Part shown: piece by piece, positions 31,135-41,578 of the stretch
How positions within the stretch are numbered: the first letter of the stretch is position 1
Layout of the letters: each line of letters begins with the position of its first letter
Assembly: GCA_965198115.1 (NCBI GenBank)
Contig: OZ240241.1
Span: 8,224,001 to 8,288,000, forward strand
DNA: 64,000 bases
Direction of reading: 5' to 3'
Origin: Candidatus Latescibacterota bacterium
GTDB taxonomy: Bacteria > Latescibacterota > UBA2968
The notes under the pieces: model-generated
Database searches by the model: none
The model's input: the letters and a program-made list of their open reading frames with translations, nothing else
Told to the model about the DNA's origin: nothing
Program-made: the position numbers and the translations under genes

Positions 31135-32575
31135 GCGATTCCCGTTGAAGCCATACGGACGCCGTTGTTGGAGGGCACACACGCTTGGTTGTAGACGAGG
31201 TGATCGCCAAGGGCGAGCACGTCGAGGTTGCCCTTTTCGAAGGCCCTGATCGCATCGCCGGCCGTTCGTACGATCGGCTCCTCGTGCATGTTGAAGCTCG
31301 TGTTGATGATCTGCGGATAGCCGGTCAGGCTCTCGTAATGCTCCAGAATCCTGTGGAGTGACGGGTTGGTCCGAGGTGTCACAACCTGCGGGCGCGCCGT
31401 TCCGTCCACGTGACAGACGGCGGGTGCTTCGTTGCGACAACGCTCGGTCACGTTGTAGGTCAACGTCATGAACTGAGCCGTGTAGTCCGAGGTCGGATAA
31501 CCCTCGTAGTAGGCGTGGGCACGATCCGCCAGAATGACCGGTGCGAACGGCATGAATTCGGTCCGTTCGAGACGCTCGTTGAGCCAGGTGTTCACGCCGG
31601 GATCTGTCGCGGTGTAGAGGATGGACCGGTTTCCGAGCGCGCGTGGTCCGTATTCCATCGGCCCCGCCGCCCGGGCGACGACGAGTCCTTCGGCGAGCAG
31701 TTCGGCGATGCGTATCTCGACGTCGGGGCACGGCGCCGATTCGTATCCACGCGATTGGAGTGCTTTTGAGATTTCACGATCGCACAGCTCGGTGCCCAGG
31801 TAGACGTCGTTCAGCGAAGAGGGGCTGATCGTTTCGCGTCGGGCCGCCTCTACGAAGGCCACTCCGACACCGAGTCCACCGTCGCCCATGTTCGGGTGGA
31901 CGTAGACTTCGTGGACGTCTTCGATCTCTTGAACACGCTGGTTGACCTTCACGTTGGCGAAGATGCCGCCGGAAAGCGCCACGCGGCCGATGCCATATCG
32001 GTCGACGGCCTGGCGCACGTATCGAACGACGAGCTCTTCGAGATGTGCCTGGACTGCCGCCGCGACGTCTTCCTTGGGAAAGCGATTCATCTCGCGGCAC
32101 AGATGCTCGTATTCGGCCCATCCCCACATGCCCTTGTTGACGAACGAGAAGTCGTCCTCGGAGTAGGTGATGCGGTCGGTAAAGATGTCCCGGGCCACAT
32201 CCGGGTCCCCGTAGGCGGCCAGTCCCGTGATCTTGCCCTCGTGTTTGCCGGGTGTAAACCCCGCCCATCCCGTGACAAAGCCGTAGTATTGGCCCGGTGT
32301 GTGGTAGAAGGGGATGCTGTGTACCAGGTCCATCTTTCCATTGCGACAGACAGCGATACGGGAACAGTAGCCGTCCCCGACGCCGTCGATCGAGATACTC
32401 AGGCACTCGTTCCAGGGCGAGGTGTAGTAGGCGGAAGCAAGGTGAGCGGCGTGATGGTCGATGTAGGCGACCGGTGCGTTGATCCCGAGCGAGCGTAGGT
32501 TTCTGCGGAGTCTGCGAGAATCGATGGGCGCGCCGACCGGCTCTGTAGGGTGCGGTAGGCGGATACGCCCTGGTC
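31131..32575 (-). pseudogene. Second NodU/CmcH carbamoyltransferase, N-terminus missing
   Basis: DHHAAHLASAYY, IDGVGDG upstream of track ORF; HEGKITGLAAYG, EYGPRALGNRS, NTSFNMHEEPIV; no LGI.DGHDA/EER N-terminus found before the asnB remnant. Confidence 0.75.
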
Positions 32576-33825
32576 CCGGGGATCACCACACATCGCAGCC
32601 AGGGCCCGCGACGAGGGAAACCACGAGCGCCCGGGAAGCCCCAGGGCCCTCAGCGGCCAGAGAGCCCTCATCCAGGCGCCGCGACGTACGTGCTGTTCGA
32701 TCCCGGGATATCCTCCGAAGAGTTCGTCGCTTCCCTCACCCGACAGGACGACGGTCACGTAGTTTCGGGCCAGTTCAGACACCGCATACAGCGGAACCGA
32801 TGCGAGGGCGGCGAGTGGCTCGTCGGCGTGCCAGATCACGTCGAAGAGGGTGCTTACGAACTGATCGGACGTAAGGACGACTTCGTGATGGTCGGTGCGA
32901 AAGCGATCCGCTGCCTGCCTCGCGTAGCTGCGCTCGTCGTAGCGGCCGCCCGTATCGAAGGCGACGGAAAAGGTCTTGAGCCGCTCGACGCCCAGCTCGC
33001 TGGCACAGGCCACCATGGCCGTCGAGTCGAGTCCGCCGCTCAGCAGGACACCGACGGGGACGTCGCTCACGAGGTGGGATTCGACCGCACCGGTGAGGTG
33101 TCTGTCGAACTCCTCGACAGCCTGCTGCTCGTCGATGGCGGTGTCGATGTTGAACTGAAGGTGCCAATAGCGCTGGACGTGCAGTCCCGGTTGGTCGACG
33201 GAGCACGTTAGCGCGTGTGCGGGTGGCAGTTTCTGTATGCCCTGAAGGATGCTGCACGAGGTATGCGGATGCCTGAAGGCAGGTAGTGACTCAAAGACAG
33301 CGGGTCCACTTCACGATCGATCCCGGGAAGCTGTAGAAGCGCCTTGAGCTCGGAGGCGAATACGAGCCCTGTTTTTGTTTCAGCATAGTAGAGCGGCTTG
33401 ATGCCGAGCCGATCCCGGACGAGTAGCATACGCTGATTGTTCGAATCCCAAATGGCGAGCCCGAACATACCGTCAAGTCTTTCTATGCAGGCGTCACCGT
33501 ATTCTTCGTAGAGATGGACGATGACTTCCGTATCACTGTGCGACTTGAATCGATGCCCGAGCGCCAGCAACTCTTGTCGCAATCGTCCGAAGTTGTAGAT
33601 CTCTCCGTTGAAGATCGTCCAGATCGATCCATCCTCGTTTGACATCGGTTGGTGACCGCCCTCAAGGTCGATGACACTCAGCCTACGGAATGCGAGACAG
33701 ACGTGCTCGTCGCTGTAGAGACCGGCATCATCAGGTCCCCGGTGTTTGAGGGATTCAGCCGCGCGCTGGGCTCTGGCCGGATTGGGCTCGTTCCATCGGT
33801 CGAGGATGCCTACGATGCCACACAT
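32576..33825 (-). pseudogene. asnB: Asparagine synthetase (glutamine-hydrolysing)-like amidotransferase, frameshifted and C-terminally truncated
   Basis: MCGIVG, HRGPD, FNGEIYN, RDRLGIKPLYY, SDVPVGVLLSGGLDS, VVLSGEGSDELFGGY; distal synthetase motifs absent. Confidence 0.8.
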
Positions 33826-34252
33826 ATCGAGTCCTGGAGGTGCTGGGGCACCGCGAATTCGGTAGAGGTCCGGGTCCACAGTCGACTGGAGAGCCGATGG
33901 TGGGATCGAGTTGCGTGTCTACGAATCAGTGCTCGCATGGGTTCTCTTTAAATTGAAGCTGGGCGCGATCAGACTTTACCAGAGGTCACTTGGATGCCCA
34001 CTCCCCGGCGGACGGCCGGACCGCAGGACACGGAATAAATTTCCAGGCCAGCTGGGGGGCGCAGTGGGATAGCATCTGCATAACCCATTGTACAGAATGG
34101 TGTTACGTCAATCTAGGGGGTGGTCGGATAGAGATGGGATGGGATCCACAAAGGAAAGGTCGCAACCGCTGTGCCATGAGGCGGCTTCAGGGTCACTCTC
34201 CTACTATCGGCGGGATCGAGGAATGGTTGAGCGAAAGGGATGCGGGAGCGTC

Positions 34253-34640
34253 TTACAACGCAGGCGCCGGCGAGGCCGACCAACGGGCCAAAGCGACGTC
34301 AACGACCGACAGGAGGCGCCGGGCGAGCATGCGGCTGGCTTGCTCGGTGTGATACCAATCGATGTGGGTGAGATCGGTGGAGAAGAAAGGGTGTGGATTA
34401 AGATCTACATAGGCGACGCTCCGTTCAGCGAGGTGGGCCTGAACGGGCTCGATGATATCGGAGTAGACTTCATTCTCGAACCGGTATAGCTCGGGTGCGA
34501 CGGGAGGCCGGACAACAATGAGGTTGAATTCGGTCTGGCACCGATCCACGAGCTTTGCGAAGGCCGACCAGGCTTGCTGATCAATCGGCCTTCCTTGGCG
34601 CCCCACGGCTTTTCGCGGAGATCCGACGTCGAATTTTTAT
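34253..34640 (-). pseudogene. 3' fragment of an SGNH/DltD-like protein truncated by ISL3
   Basis: LIVVRPPV...YVDLN...FFSTDLTHI...ASRMLARRL resembles SGNH-like DxxH C-terminus; 5' part absent beyond the IS. Confidence 0.45.
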
Positions 34641-36059
34641 GGCTATATCCGGATCTCTCAACGAGATGAAGTGGGTGAAGGTGCCGTGGTTCCTGCATGG
34701 GGGCGCGGTTAGCGTGTGCGGAACCTCTTCGGAATCTGCTCAGGGATGTTTATGTCTCCGACGGTAAGGAAGATCATATCGTTGAATGCGTCGAGTGTGC
34801 GGAATCCGCTGGCTCGGTTCTTGACGATTTGGACGATTCGGTTGAGGCCTTCGGCGATGGCGTTGGTAAGACGCGTGTTCACGAATGCGAGGACGCCGAA
34901 GAAGTGCTGTCGCAGGGTCCTGACGAACTTTCGCAGGGGTTCACGTCGACTTCTGAGTGCGGACGTCGTCCAGCATTTCAGGAAGCGTTCGGCAGCCCAG
35001 GGCGCTTTGTATTCCCAGAACTGCTCGAACTCGTCCTTGAGTCTCCAGGCTCTATAGATTCGGTAGTTCGCCTTCTCCAGTGCTTTGAGTGTCCGAGTAT
35101 CCCCTCTGGAGCGTGTCGCTGAGTGCCGGTAGAGGAGCCATCGGAGGCCCTTCATGGCTTTGCGCTCATCCGGGGCAGCTTCACGCCACTGGTCCTTACG
35201 GACCTCGTCAACGGCGGCATTGAGAGCCTTGACGATGTGAAAGCGATCGAGGACCAGCTTGGCATTCGGACAGTGTTCCTGGATGGCTCCGATGTAAGCT
35301 TCGCTCATGTCGCAGCAGGCCCACTCGATCTTGGATCTCCGGTAGGGACTGAGAGCCTCTGTGAAGAACCGATCGATCGTTTTACGCGCCCTGCCGCGGC
35401 CAACCCACACCACGCAGGAGCGGTCCAGATCGTAAACGAGCGTGGCGTACCTGTGACGCTTGGCGTAGGAGATCTCGTCGATCCCGATGGTTTTGAGCCC
35501 TCGGATACGATGACCTTCACGAAGCCGCGTGATGGATCGGTGAAGGAGATCCGACAGCGTCGAGGCAGAGATGCGCAGTAACTCGGACGCCGCCTTCTGC
35601 GTCATGGTCTGGCAGTAGCGCAGCATGGCATACTCGAAGCGATACGTCACCCGAGAGAACCGCTCCGCCCACGGAATCTCCTCGACCACACGACCGTGGG
35701 TAGGACACCGAATCTCCCGAGGATGGTAGAGAAGCCAGACCCTCCACCCGCACACCGGAATGTCACGCCACCGACGCGGATGGGGCATTGTGCGGACGAT
35801 TTTACCTCGACGGCCGCACTCCGGACAACAACAACCATTCTTATGTGGCTTTACGGCGATGACGAAACAGCTTCTCCCCTCAAACCACCAGCTGACAACA
35901 CGGAACCCCTTGAATCTCAGCAGTTTCGATAGTAATCTGCTCCCGGTCATAGGTCGCACCCCCTTCGCTTTGATTGTCCTACACACACAACCAAGCGTAG
36001 GGAACGATCTATGACCTTGTCATTCTATAGTTTCACCGTTGAGAAACCCGGATAGAGCC
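34641..36059 (-). mobile_element. ISL3-family insertion sequence
   Basis: IRs GGCTATATCCGGATCTCTCAACG (34641) and revcomp GGCTCTATCCGGGTTTCTCAACG (36059); AT-rich flanks. Confidence 0.92.
34709..35950 (-). CDS. ISL3-family transposase
   Basis: CPECG zinc finger, GIDE, CCDMSEAY, DRFHIVK, TNAIAEGLN, RASGFR. Confidence 0.93.
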   Translation of the reverse strand: MTGSRLLSKLLRFKGFRVVSWWFEGRSCFVIAVKPHKNGCCCPECGRRGKIVRTMPHPRRWRDIPVCGWRVWLLYHPREIRCPTHGRVVEEIPWAERFSRVTYRFEYAMLRYCQTMTQKAASELLRISASTLSDLLHRSITRLREGHRIRGLKTIGIDEISYAKRHRYATLVYDLDRSCVVWVGRGRARKTIDRFFTEALSPYRRSKIEWACCDMSEAYIGAIQEHCPNAKLVLDRFHIVKALNAAVDEVRKDQWREAAPDERKAMKGLRWLLYRHSATRSRGDTRTLKALEKANYRIYRAWRLKDEFEQFWEYKAPWAAERFLKCWTTSALRSRREPLRKFVRTLRQHFFGVLAFVNTRLTNAIAEGLNRIVQIVKNRASGFRTLDAFNDMIFLTVGDINIPEQIPKRFRTR

Positions 36060-36201
36060 TTATTTATTCCGAACCCTTAGCAGATGGTGATACATCAAGA
36101 CGCCCCGATCGCCATCGTCCCTTCGACTCCGCTTCAGGACTGTACGAGGGCGCTGTTTCGTGGCGGGAAACACGTGCTCGACGACGACCTCGATCCTGCG
36201 A

Positions 36202-37152
36202 TCAGGGTGAAGCGCGAAGTTCGAGGTAGCTGGCGTAGCGTCGTTGGTAGATGGCACCGTCTTCGACAGCTGCCTTGATGGCGCAATCGGGTTCCCGGAT
36301 GTGCGCACAGTCGCGGAACCGGCAGCCGTTGAGGTAGGGGATGAATTCGCGGAACAACTCGGGAACATCCTCTGGCTGAATGTTCCAGAGACGGAATTCC
36401 TTCACACCCGGAATGTCGCCGACAAGCCCTCCACTTTCTAGTGAGACGAGCTCCAGATGGGTCGTCGTGTGACGACCTTCGCCAGTCAGTTCGCTGACCT
36501 CACCCGTTCTCAATTCGAGTCCCGGTTCGAGCCAGTTCAGGAGACTCGATTTGCCGACGCCGGACGGTCCCATGAAGAGGGAAGTCCCACGGTCGAGAAC
36601 GGTGTGGATGTCGTCGAGCCCATCGTTGTCGACTGTGCTCGTCTGGACGACGGCGTAGCCGATGCGTGTGTAATTCTCGACCGCTTTGTCGATGGACTCC
36701 GTGCTGTCCAGATCGGTCTTGTTGATGCAGATGACGGCTTCGATCTCCTCCCACTCCGCTATGGCGAGCATGCGATCGAGCAGGTCGAAGTCCGGTGGCG
36801 GGTCGCTGACAGAGAAGATCGGAACGACGCGATCGATGTTGGCTGCGAGGATCTGTTCCCGCGGGCTCGATCCCGAAGCCCGTCGTGAGATCTTGTTCTG
36901 TCGAGGCTGGATCTCGCGAATCATTCCAGCGTCGCCTTCCCCAGGGTCGAATTCGACGCGATCGCCGATGGCGACAGGATCGGTGACACGAACCCGTCGC
37001 ACACGCTCTACGCGTCTTCTTCGAGAGCCGGGACTCGCTTGGGGGTATTGCAGACTTTTCCGAAGCAGGGTCGAAAGGGCGCACGTGAACTGATCCCCTT
37101 CGCTCGCCACGATATAGTGTCCGAGGTGCTGTCGGATCACGGTGCCTTCCAT
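36202..37152 (-). CDS. rsgA: Ribosome small subunit-dependent GTPase A
   Basis: AIGDRV, ANID, NKTD, GPSGVGKSSLLN, GRHTTT, DIPG, CRFRDCAHIREPDCA zinc finger. Confidence 0.92.
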   Translation of the reverse strand: MEGTVIRQHLGHYIVASEGDQFTCALSTLLRKSLQYPQASPGSRRRRVERVRRVRVTDPVAIGDRVEFDPGEGDAGMIREIQPRQNKISRRASGSSPREQILAANIDRVVPIFSVSDPPPDFDLLDRMLAIAEWEEIEAVICINKTDLDSTESIDKAVENYTRIGYAVVQTSTVDNDGLDDIHTVLDRGTSLFMGPSGVGKSSLLNWLEPGLELRTGEVSELTGEGRHTTTHLELVSLESGGLVGDIPGVKEFRLWNIQPEDVPELFREFIPYLNGCRFRDCAHIREPDCAIKAAVEDGAIYQRRYASYLELRASP

Positions 37153-37526
37153 TGAGGTCCTATGAATAGTGTTGGGGTGGTTCAGAAAGTGGGCACCCAC
37201 CACTCCGCTGACTGAGAGAGCGTATGCCCTCCCGGCTAGTTTCAGGCCGGGATCCGGTTTTCCCCTCGGGGTAGGTGCCTGTAATTAGAATAGACCCCGG
37301 CCAAGAAGCGTATAGGGGTGACATTGTTCGCGCGTGGATAGATGAGCATGGTCATAAGAATCCGATGCTCGAGTGTAAGAATAGGGTTTAACTTCTTGTA
37401 AAATTTCACGCTTACGTGCGAAGGTAGCACCCCCCAACAGGCCTGTCAAGATGGGCATTTCTTGACACGGCTGTCCTCGGGCGCATTCTTGGACTGTTCC
37501 CGAGGAGCAGTCAACCAACGAATACA

Positions 37527-38642
37527 ATGGATACGATCGAGCCGATCCTGAGAGCAGTCGCAGAGACGGTCTCCTTGAAGCAGGCGGGTATTGCCTTTGC
37601 GATCCTGCTTGCTGCTCTGTTGGCGCGCCGAATTATCCACGCTGTGTTCGAGCGTCTGGTGCGCCAGGTGACGTCCAGGAGCAGCACGGACATCGACGAC
37701 CTTCTGGTCGAGGCACTCAGCAGACCTGTCGGGTGGAGCGCTGTCGTCGTCGGGCTCTATCTTGCCCTCAACGCGCTGCGCCCACCGAGTATCGTCGTGG
37801 TGGGCGGTCAAAAGCTGCTGGCGTTGGCCGTGAGTCTGTTGCTGACGTGGCTGATGATTCGGCTCGTCAACGTCGGGACAGAAGTTTTCCACCGTTGGGC
37901 GCGTCGGACCGATTCGGTGTTGGACGATCAGTTGGTGCCTCTGGTCGCCAAAGCTGCGAAGGTGACCGTCGGTCTGTTGGCGACACTGCTCGTTCTGCAG
38001 AACCTGGGCTACTCCATTTCGGGGTTGATCGCCGGGCTGGGTGTTGGAGGGCTGGCTGTGGCCCTCGCCGCGCAGAAGACCCTCTCCGATGTGTTTGGCT
38101 CGATCATGTTGCTCGTTGATCGTCCGTTCACGGTCGGGGACTGGATCCAATCGCCGGACGGCAACGTCGAGGGCGTGGTCGAGGAGATCGGGTTTCGGTC
38201 GACCAAAATCCGCACGTTTGAGAAGACGCTGGTCTACGTTCCCAACAGTCGTCTGGCGGACTTCATTATCGATAACATCGAACAACGACCTATCCGACGT
38301 GTCTGGATCACTGTGGGTGTGACTTATGACACCACACGGGATCGGATGCAGGAGGTGGTGGGACAGATTCGGTCGATGCTCGCGAACCACGGCGGGGTCG
38401 ATCAGGCGTTTTACCTCGTGCGTTTCACAGACTTCGGATCCAGCTCGCTCGACATTATGGTCTACTACTTCGCGAACACGACGGTTTGGGACGATTACCT
38501 GGCCGTACGCGAGGATGTGAATTTGAAGATCATGGGGATTTTGGAAGGTCTTGGGCTGGAGATCGCGTTTCCGACGCGCACCGTGCATTTGGCGACAGAT
38601 CGGCCCGATTCTGTTTTGCCCTCTTCGGGGCAAAGCGTTTGA
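37527..38642 (+). CDS. mscS: Small-conductance mechanosensitive channel family protein
   Basis: GLGVGGLAVALAAQ.TL, DRPFTVGDWI, GVVEEIGFRSTKIRT, EIAFPTRT. Confidence 0.9.
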   Translation: MDTIEPILRAVAETVSLKQAGIAFAILLAALLARRIIHAVFERLVRQVTSRSSTDIDDLLVEALSRPVGWSAVVVGLYLALNALRPPSIVVVGGQKLLALAVSLLLTWLMIRLVNVGTEVFHRWARRTDSVLDDQLVPLVAKAAKVTVGLLATLLVLQNLGYSISGLIAGLGVGGLAVALAAQKTLSDVFGSIMLLVDRPFTVGDWIQSPDGNVEGVVEEIGFRSTKIRTFEKTLVYVPNSRLADFIIDNIEQRPIRRVWITVGVTYDTTRDRMQEVVGQIRSMLANHGGVDQAFYLVRFTDFGSSSLDIMVYYFANTTVWDDYLAVREDVNLKIMGILEGLGLEIAFPTRTVHLATDRPDSVLPSSGQSV

Positions 38643-38754
38643 CTCGACACGCGCGATTTTTCATATTTTTCGGACACGTTTCAAACTGCTGGTCTCGTTG
38701 CAAAGAGGTGGCGCAGCGATGATGGGATTCAGGCGCACTCGGAAAGGCCGTAAG

Positions 38755-39489
38755 ATGGAAGACATAACGCGCATCCTGAACAGTTGGGAGTTCAACCCCG
38801 AGGATATCTGTGCGCGAAAGATCGAAGGGGTCGACGGGCGTGAGAAACTGCAAGTGCGGGTCGACCTCGGCATGCTTCAAATGGAACTGGACGGTCGTCC
38901 CGACGGTTCGTGTCCCAACGATCTCCCATCGCTTCTGGAATTCTACCAGCAAAAGGCCAAAGATCCGGAGTTTGTGCTCGCAGACGAAGATTGCGAAGCC
39001 CTGGGTCAGGAGGGCCTCCAGTTTTACCATCGCTACATCTGCCTGTTGCGACTGGGTGATTTCGGACGTGTGATTTCGGACACGAATCACAACCTGGCGA
39101 TCTTCGACCTCGTTGCCAAGCATTCCAAGGGTGATGAGCAGAGGATGCTGTTCGAGCAGTATCGACCCTACGTCACGATGGTCAGCACACGCGCCAAGGG
39201 TGAGTTGAGGTTGCTCGACGACGACTTCGACGGTGCCCTAGCGATCGTCGATCGGGGGATCGAACGGATTCAGCAGCTTTTGAGTGCGTTCGAGGATCCC
39301 GATCTGTCCGACGACCGGGAGGAGATTCACGCGCTCGAAGCGTGGCGCCAGGAGATCACGGAGAACCGTCCCGTGAGTCTCAAGCAACGGCTTGCCGAAC
39401 AATTGCAGGAAGCGATCGCTGACGAAAAATACGAGCGAGCTGCCGTGTTGAGGGACCGGCTTCGAGGACTGGAGAAGAACCGGTTGTGA
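38755..39489 (+). CDS. UvrB/UvrC-motif (UVR domain) protein of the type common in Planctomycetes/FCB
   Basis: QVRVDLGMLQMELDGRPDG, QFYHRY, C-terminal LQEAIADEKYERAAVLRDRL UVR motif. Confidence 0.75.
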   Translation: MEDITRILNSWEFNPEDICARKIEGVDGREKLQVRVDLGMLQMELDGRPDGSCPNDLPSLLEFYQQKAKDPEFVLADEDCEALGQEGLQFYHRYICLLRLGDFGRVISDTNHNLAIFDLVAKHSKGDEQRMLFEQYRPYVTMVSTRAKGELRLLDDDFDGALAIVDRGIERIQQLLSAFEDPDLSDDREEIHALEAWRQEITENRPVSLKQRLAEQLQEAIADEKYERAAVLRDRLRGLEKNRL

Positions 39490-39496
39490 ATTCGCC

Positions 39497-40468
39497 GTGA
39501 AGGCTCGCCTCAAACAGGGCGCCGTTTCGGTGGCTATCGCCAACTGGAATGGCGCTTCTTACGTTTCACGCTGTTTAGATTCCGTCCTCACCCAAACAAC
39601 CCCCCCCGAGGAGATCGTGGTCGTCGACAATGGCTCGACCGACGGCTCTCCCGACACGATCCGATCGCGCTACCCTATGGTGCGTCTCCTCACACGCCCG
39701 ATCAACGAAGGTTTCTGTCGCGGCTACAACACGGCCATTCGAGCGACCCGGTCTCCCTACGTACTGATCCTGAACAACGACGTTTTTCTCGAACGCGATT
39801 TCATCGAGCGCGCCCTGGACGCCCTGCTGAGCGAACCCCACATCGGGTGGGTGGCCGGCCGACTGAACAGGGCAGACGGTGATGGCGTCGACTACGTGGG
39901 GCGGTTTTTGCGGCGCCGACTCGCCCTGGTGAACGCGGATCCTCCCGTTCCCGGTCAGCGTGTGTTCGCCGGTAGTGGTGCGGCGATCTTCTGTCGCCGT
40001 GCGATGCTGGATGACGTCGCTGAGGAGGGAGCTTACTACGACGAACGCTTCTTCGCCTATCTCGAAGATCTGGATCTGGCCTGGCGCGCCAACCTGCGTG
40101 GTTGGCGGTGCGTCTACGCGCCGGACGTGATCGCACGCCACGTTGGAAGTGCATCGATGAGTGGCCGAGTTCGCGTGCTCGACAAGACGATGGACTTTCA
40201 GCGGCACATTCTCAAGAACCGCTACCTGACGGTCGTCAAGAATGCGTCACCCGGTGTCCTTCTGAGGCTCCTGCCTTATCTGTTGATCGCTGAAGCCGGA
40301 TTGTGGATGCAGTTTCTGTTGAGCCGATCCAGTCGGATCCGTGTTCTGCCTCAGGCGATCGTGCAAGCTGCGCGGCTGCTGGGTGGAATGTGTTCGAGTC
40401 GACGATTCGTGCAGTCGAGGAAGGTCGCGGCCGACCACGAGATCGTCGGTTTGATGAGGGGGTTCTGA
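39497..40468 (+). CDS. Glycosyltransferase family 2 (rhamnosyltransferase-like)
   Basis: NWNG, VVDNGSTDGS, NEGF..GYN, ILNND, FAYLEDLDLAWR. Confidence 0.9.
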   Translation: MKARLKQGAVSVAIANWNGASYVSRCLDSVLTQTTPPEEIVVVDNGSTDGSPDTIRSRYPMVRLLTRPINEGFCRGYNTAIRATRSPYVLILNNDVFLERDFIERALDALLSEPHIGWVAGRLNRADGDGVDYVGRFLRRRLALVNADPPVPGQRVFAGSGAAIFCRRAMLDDVAEEGAYYDERFFAYLEDLDLAWRANLRGWRCVYAPDVIARHVGSASMSGRVRVLDKTMDFQRHILKNRYLTVVKNASPGVLLRLLPYLLIAEAGLWMQFLLSRSSRIRVLPQAIVQAARLLGGMCSSRRFVQSRKVAADHEIVGLMRGF

Positions 40469-40469
40469 C

Positions 40470-40726
40470 CTGGAACGGCCGATCCGGGTGCTGATCGTGA
40501 TCACTCGACTCGCCGTCGGCGGTGCGCCGAAGGCGGTTTTGAGGACGCTCGGCCAGCTCGAAGAGGGTTTCCTCATCCGATTGGTGTCGTGGCGATGCTG
40601 ATGCCCATCAAGCGGCCACATCGCTTCGAATCGCGGACCACACGAAACAGGGTGCCCCAGGATTCCCGCTTTGGAAAGATGCGTGTGAACCACATCGTAG
40701 CGACCGTGGGGGACGGTCGATTTTAG
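40470..40726. pseudogene. Scrambled remnant of a GT4 glycosyltransferase
   Basis: + strand RPIRVLIVITRLAVGGAPKAVL (GT4 N-terminus); - strand GRYDVVHTHLSKAGILG (GT4 internal motif) at ~40655-40710. Confidence 0.6.
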
Positions 40727-41578
40727 ATGATTTATGTGACTGGAGGGACGGGCTTCACGGGCCGCTTCGTCGTCGAGGCGCTGGTCGCTGCCGGGGAGCG
40801 ATGCCGTTGTCTGGCACGGGACCGGCACGAGGCGGAGCGCGTTCTGCCGACCTCGGTGGAGGTCGTGGCCGGCAGGCTCGACGATCCGGTTTCCTTGCCG
40901 GGTCTGGCTGAAGCAGACGCCGTCGTCCACGTCGCCCCGATCGCACTTTGCGCGGGGGTTGTCGATGCGTGTGAGCGTGTTGGGGTCACCCGCGGCGTGT
41001 ATTTCAGTTCCACGTGGCGGTTTTTGTCGGTTCGAACATCTGAGGTAGATGCGGTCGTCGAGGGAGAGGAGCGTGTGATGAGCGCCGGCTCCACGTGGAC
41101 CCTGATCAGGCCGACCATGATTTACGGACCCGGCGACCAGAACATTTGCAGACTGCGCGATCTGATCCGTCGGCACGCGATCGTTCCGGTTCTGGAAGGC
41201 GGAAGACGTCTCCTGCAGCCGGTTTTTGTGGAGGACGTCGCGCAGGTTGTCGCCGACGTGGTGCGTCGTGAGTCGACCCACGGTCGTGCGTATGAAATCG
41301 CAGGACCGGAACCGATGTCCTATGGTAGGGTGGTCGATCGCATCGCGATGTTCGAAAAGCGAACGATCGCGAAACTCTATTTACCGGGATCGCTGTGCGC
41401 GGTGGGTGCCCGTCTCTATGGAATGGTCAGTGGACGACACGACCTGAGCAATCGAGTCGACCGGATGCGTGAGGATAGAGCGTTTTCGATCGAAAAGGCG
41501 CGTGAAGATTTCGCCTACGCGCCCCGGGACTTCGATGCCGGTTTGGCCCGTACGCGAAGCCTGGAGTCCGGCGGATGA
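40727..41578 (+). CDS. NAD(P)-binding epimerase/dehydratase (atypical SDR)
   Basis: VTGGTGFTG, IRPTMIYGPGD, QPVFVEDVA. Confidence 0.85.
   Translation: MIYVTGGTGFTGRFVVEALVAAGERCRCLARDRHEAERVLPTSVEVVAGRLDDPVSLPGLAEADAVVHVAPIALCAGVVDACERVGVTRGVYFSSTWRFLSVRTSEVDAVVEGEERVMSAGSTWTLIRPTMIYGPGDQNICRLRDLIRRHAIVPVLEGGRRLLQPVFVEDVAQVVADVVRRESTHGRAYEIAGPEPMSYGRVVDRIAMFEKRTIAKLYLPGSLCAVGARLYGMVSGRHDLSNRVDRMREDRAFSIEKAREDFAYAPRDFDAGLARTRSLESGG

Noticed and set aside
34087-34111. sigma70 promoter TTGACG...TACAAT on the - strand
   Set aside because: Spacer is only 13 nt; the site is better explained by the TAAC-N17-GTTA dyad.
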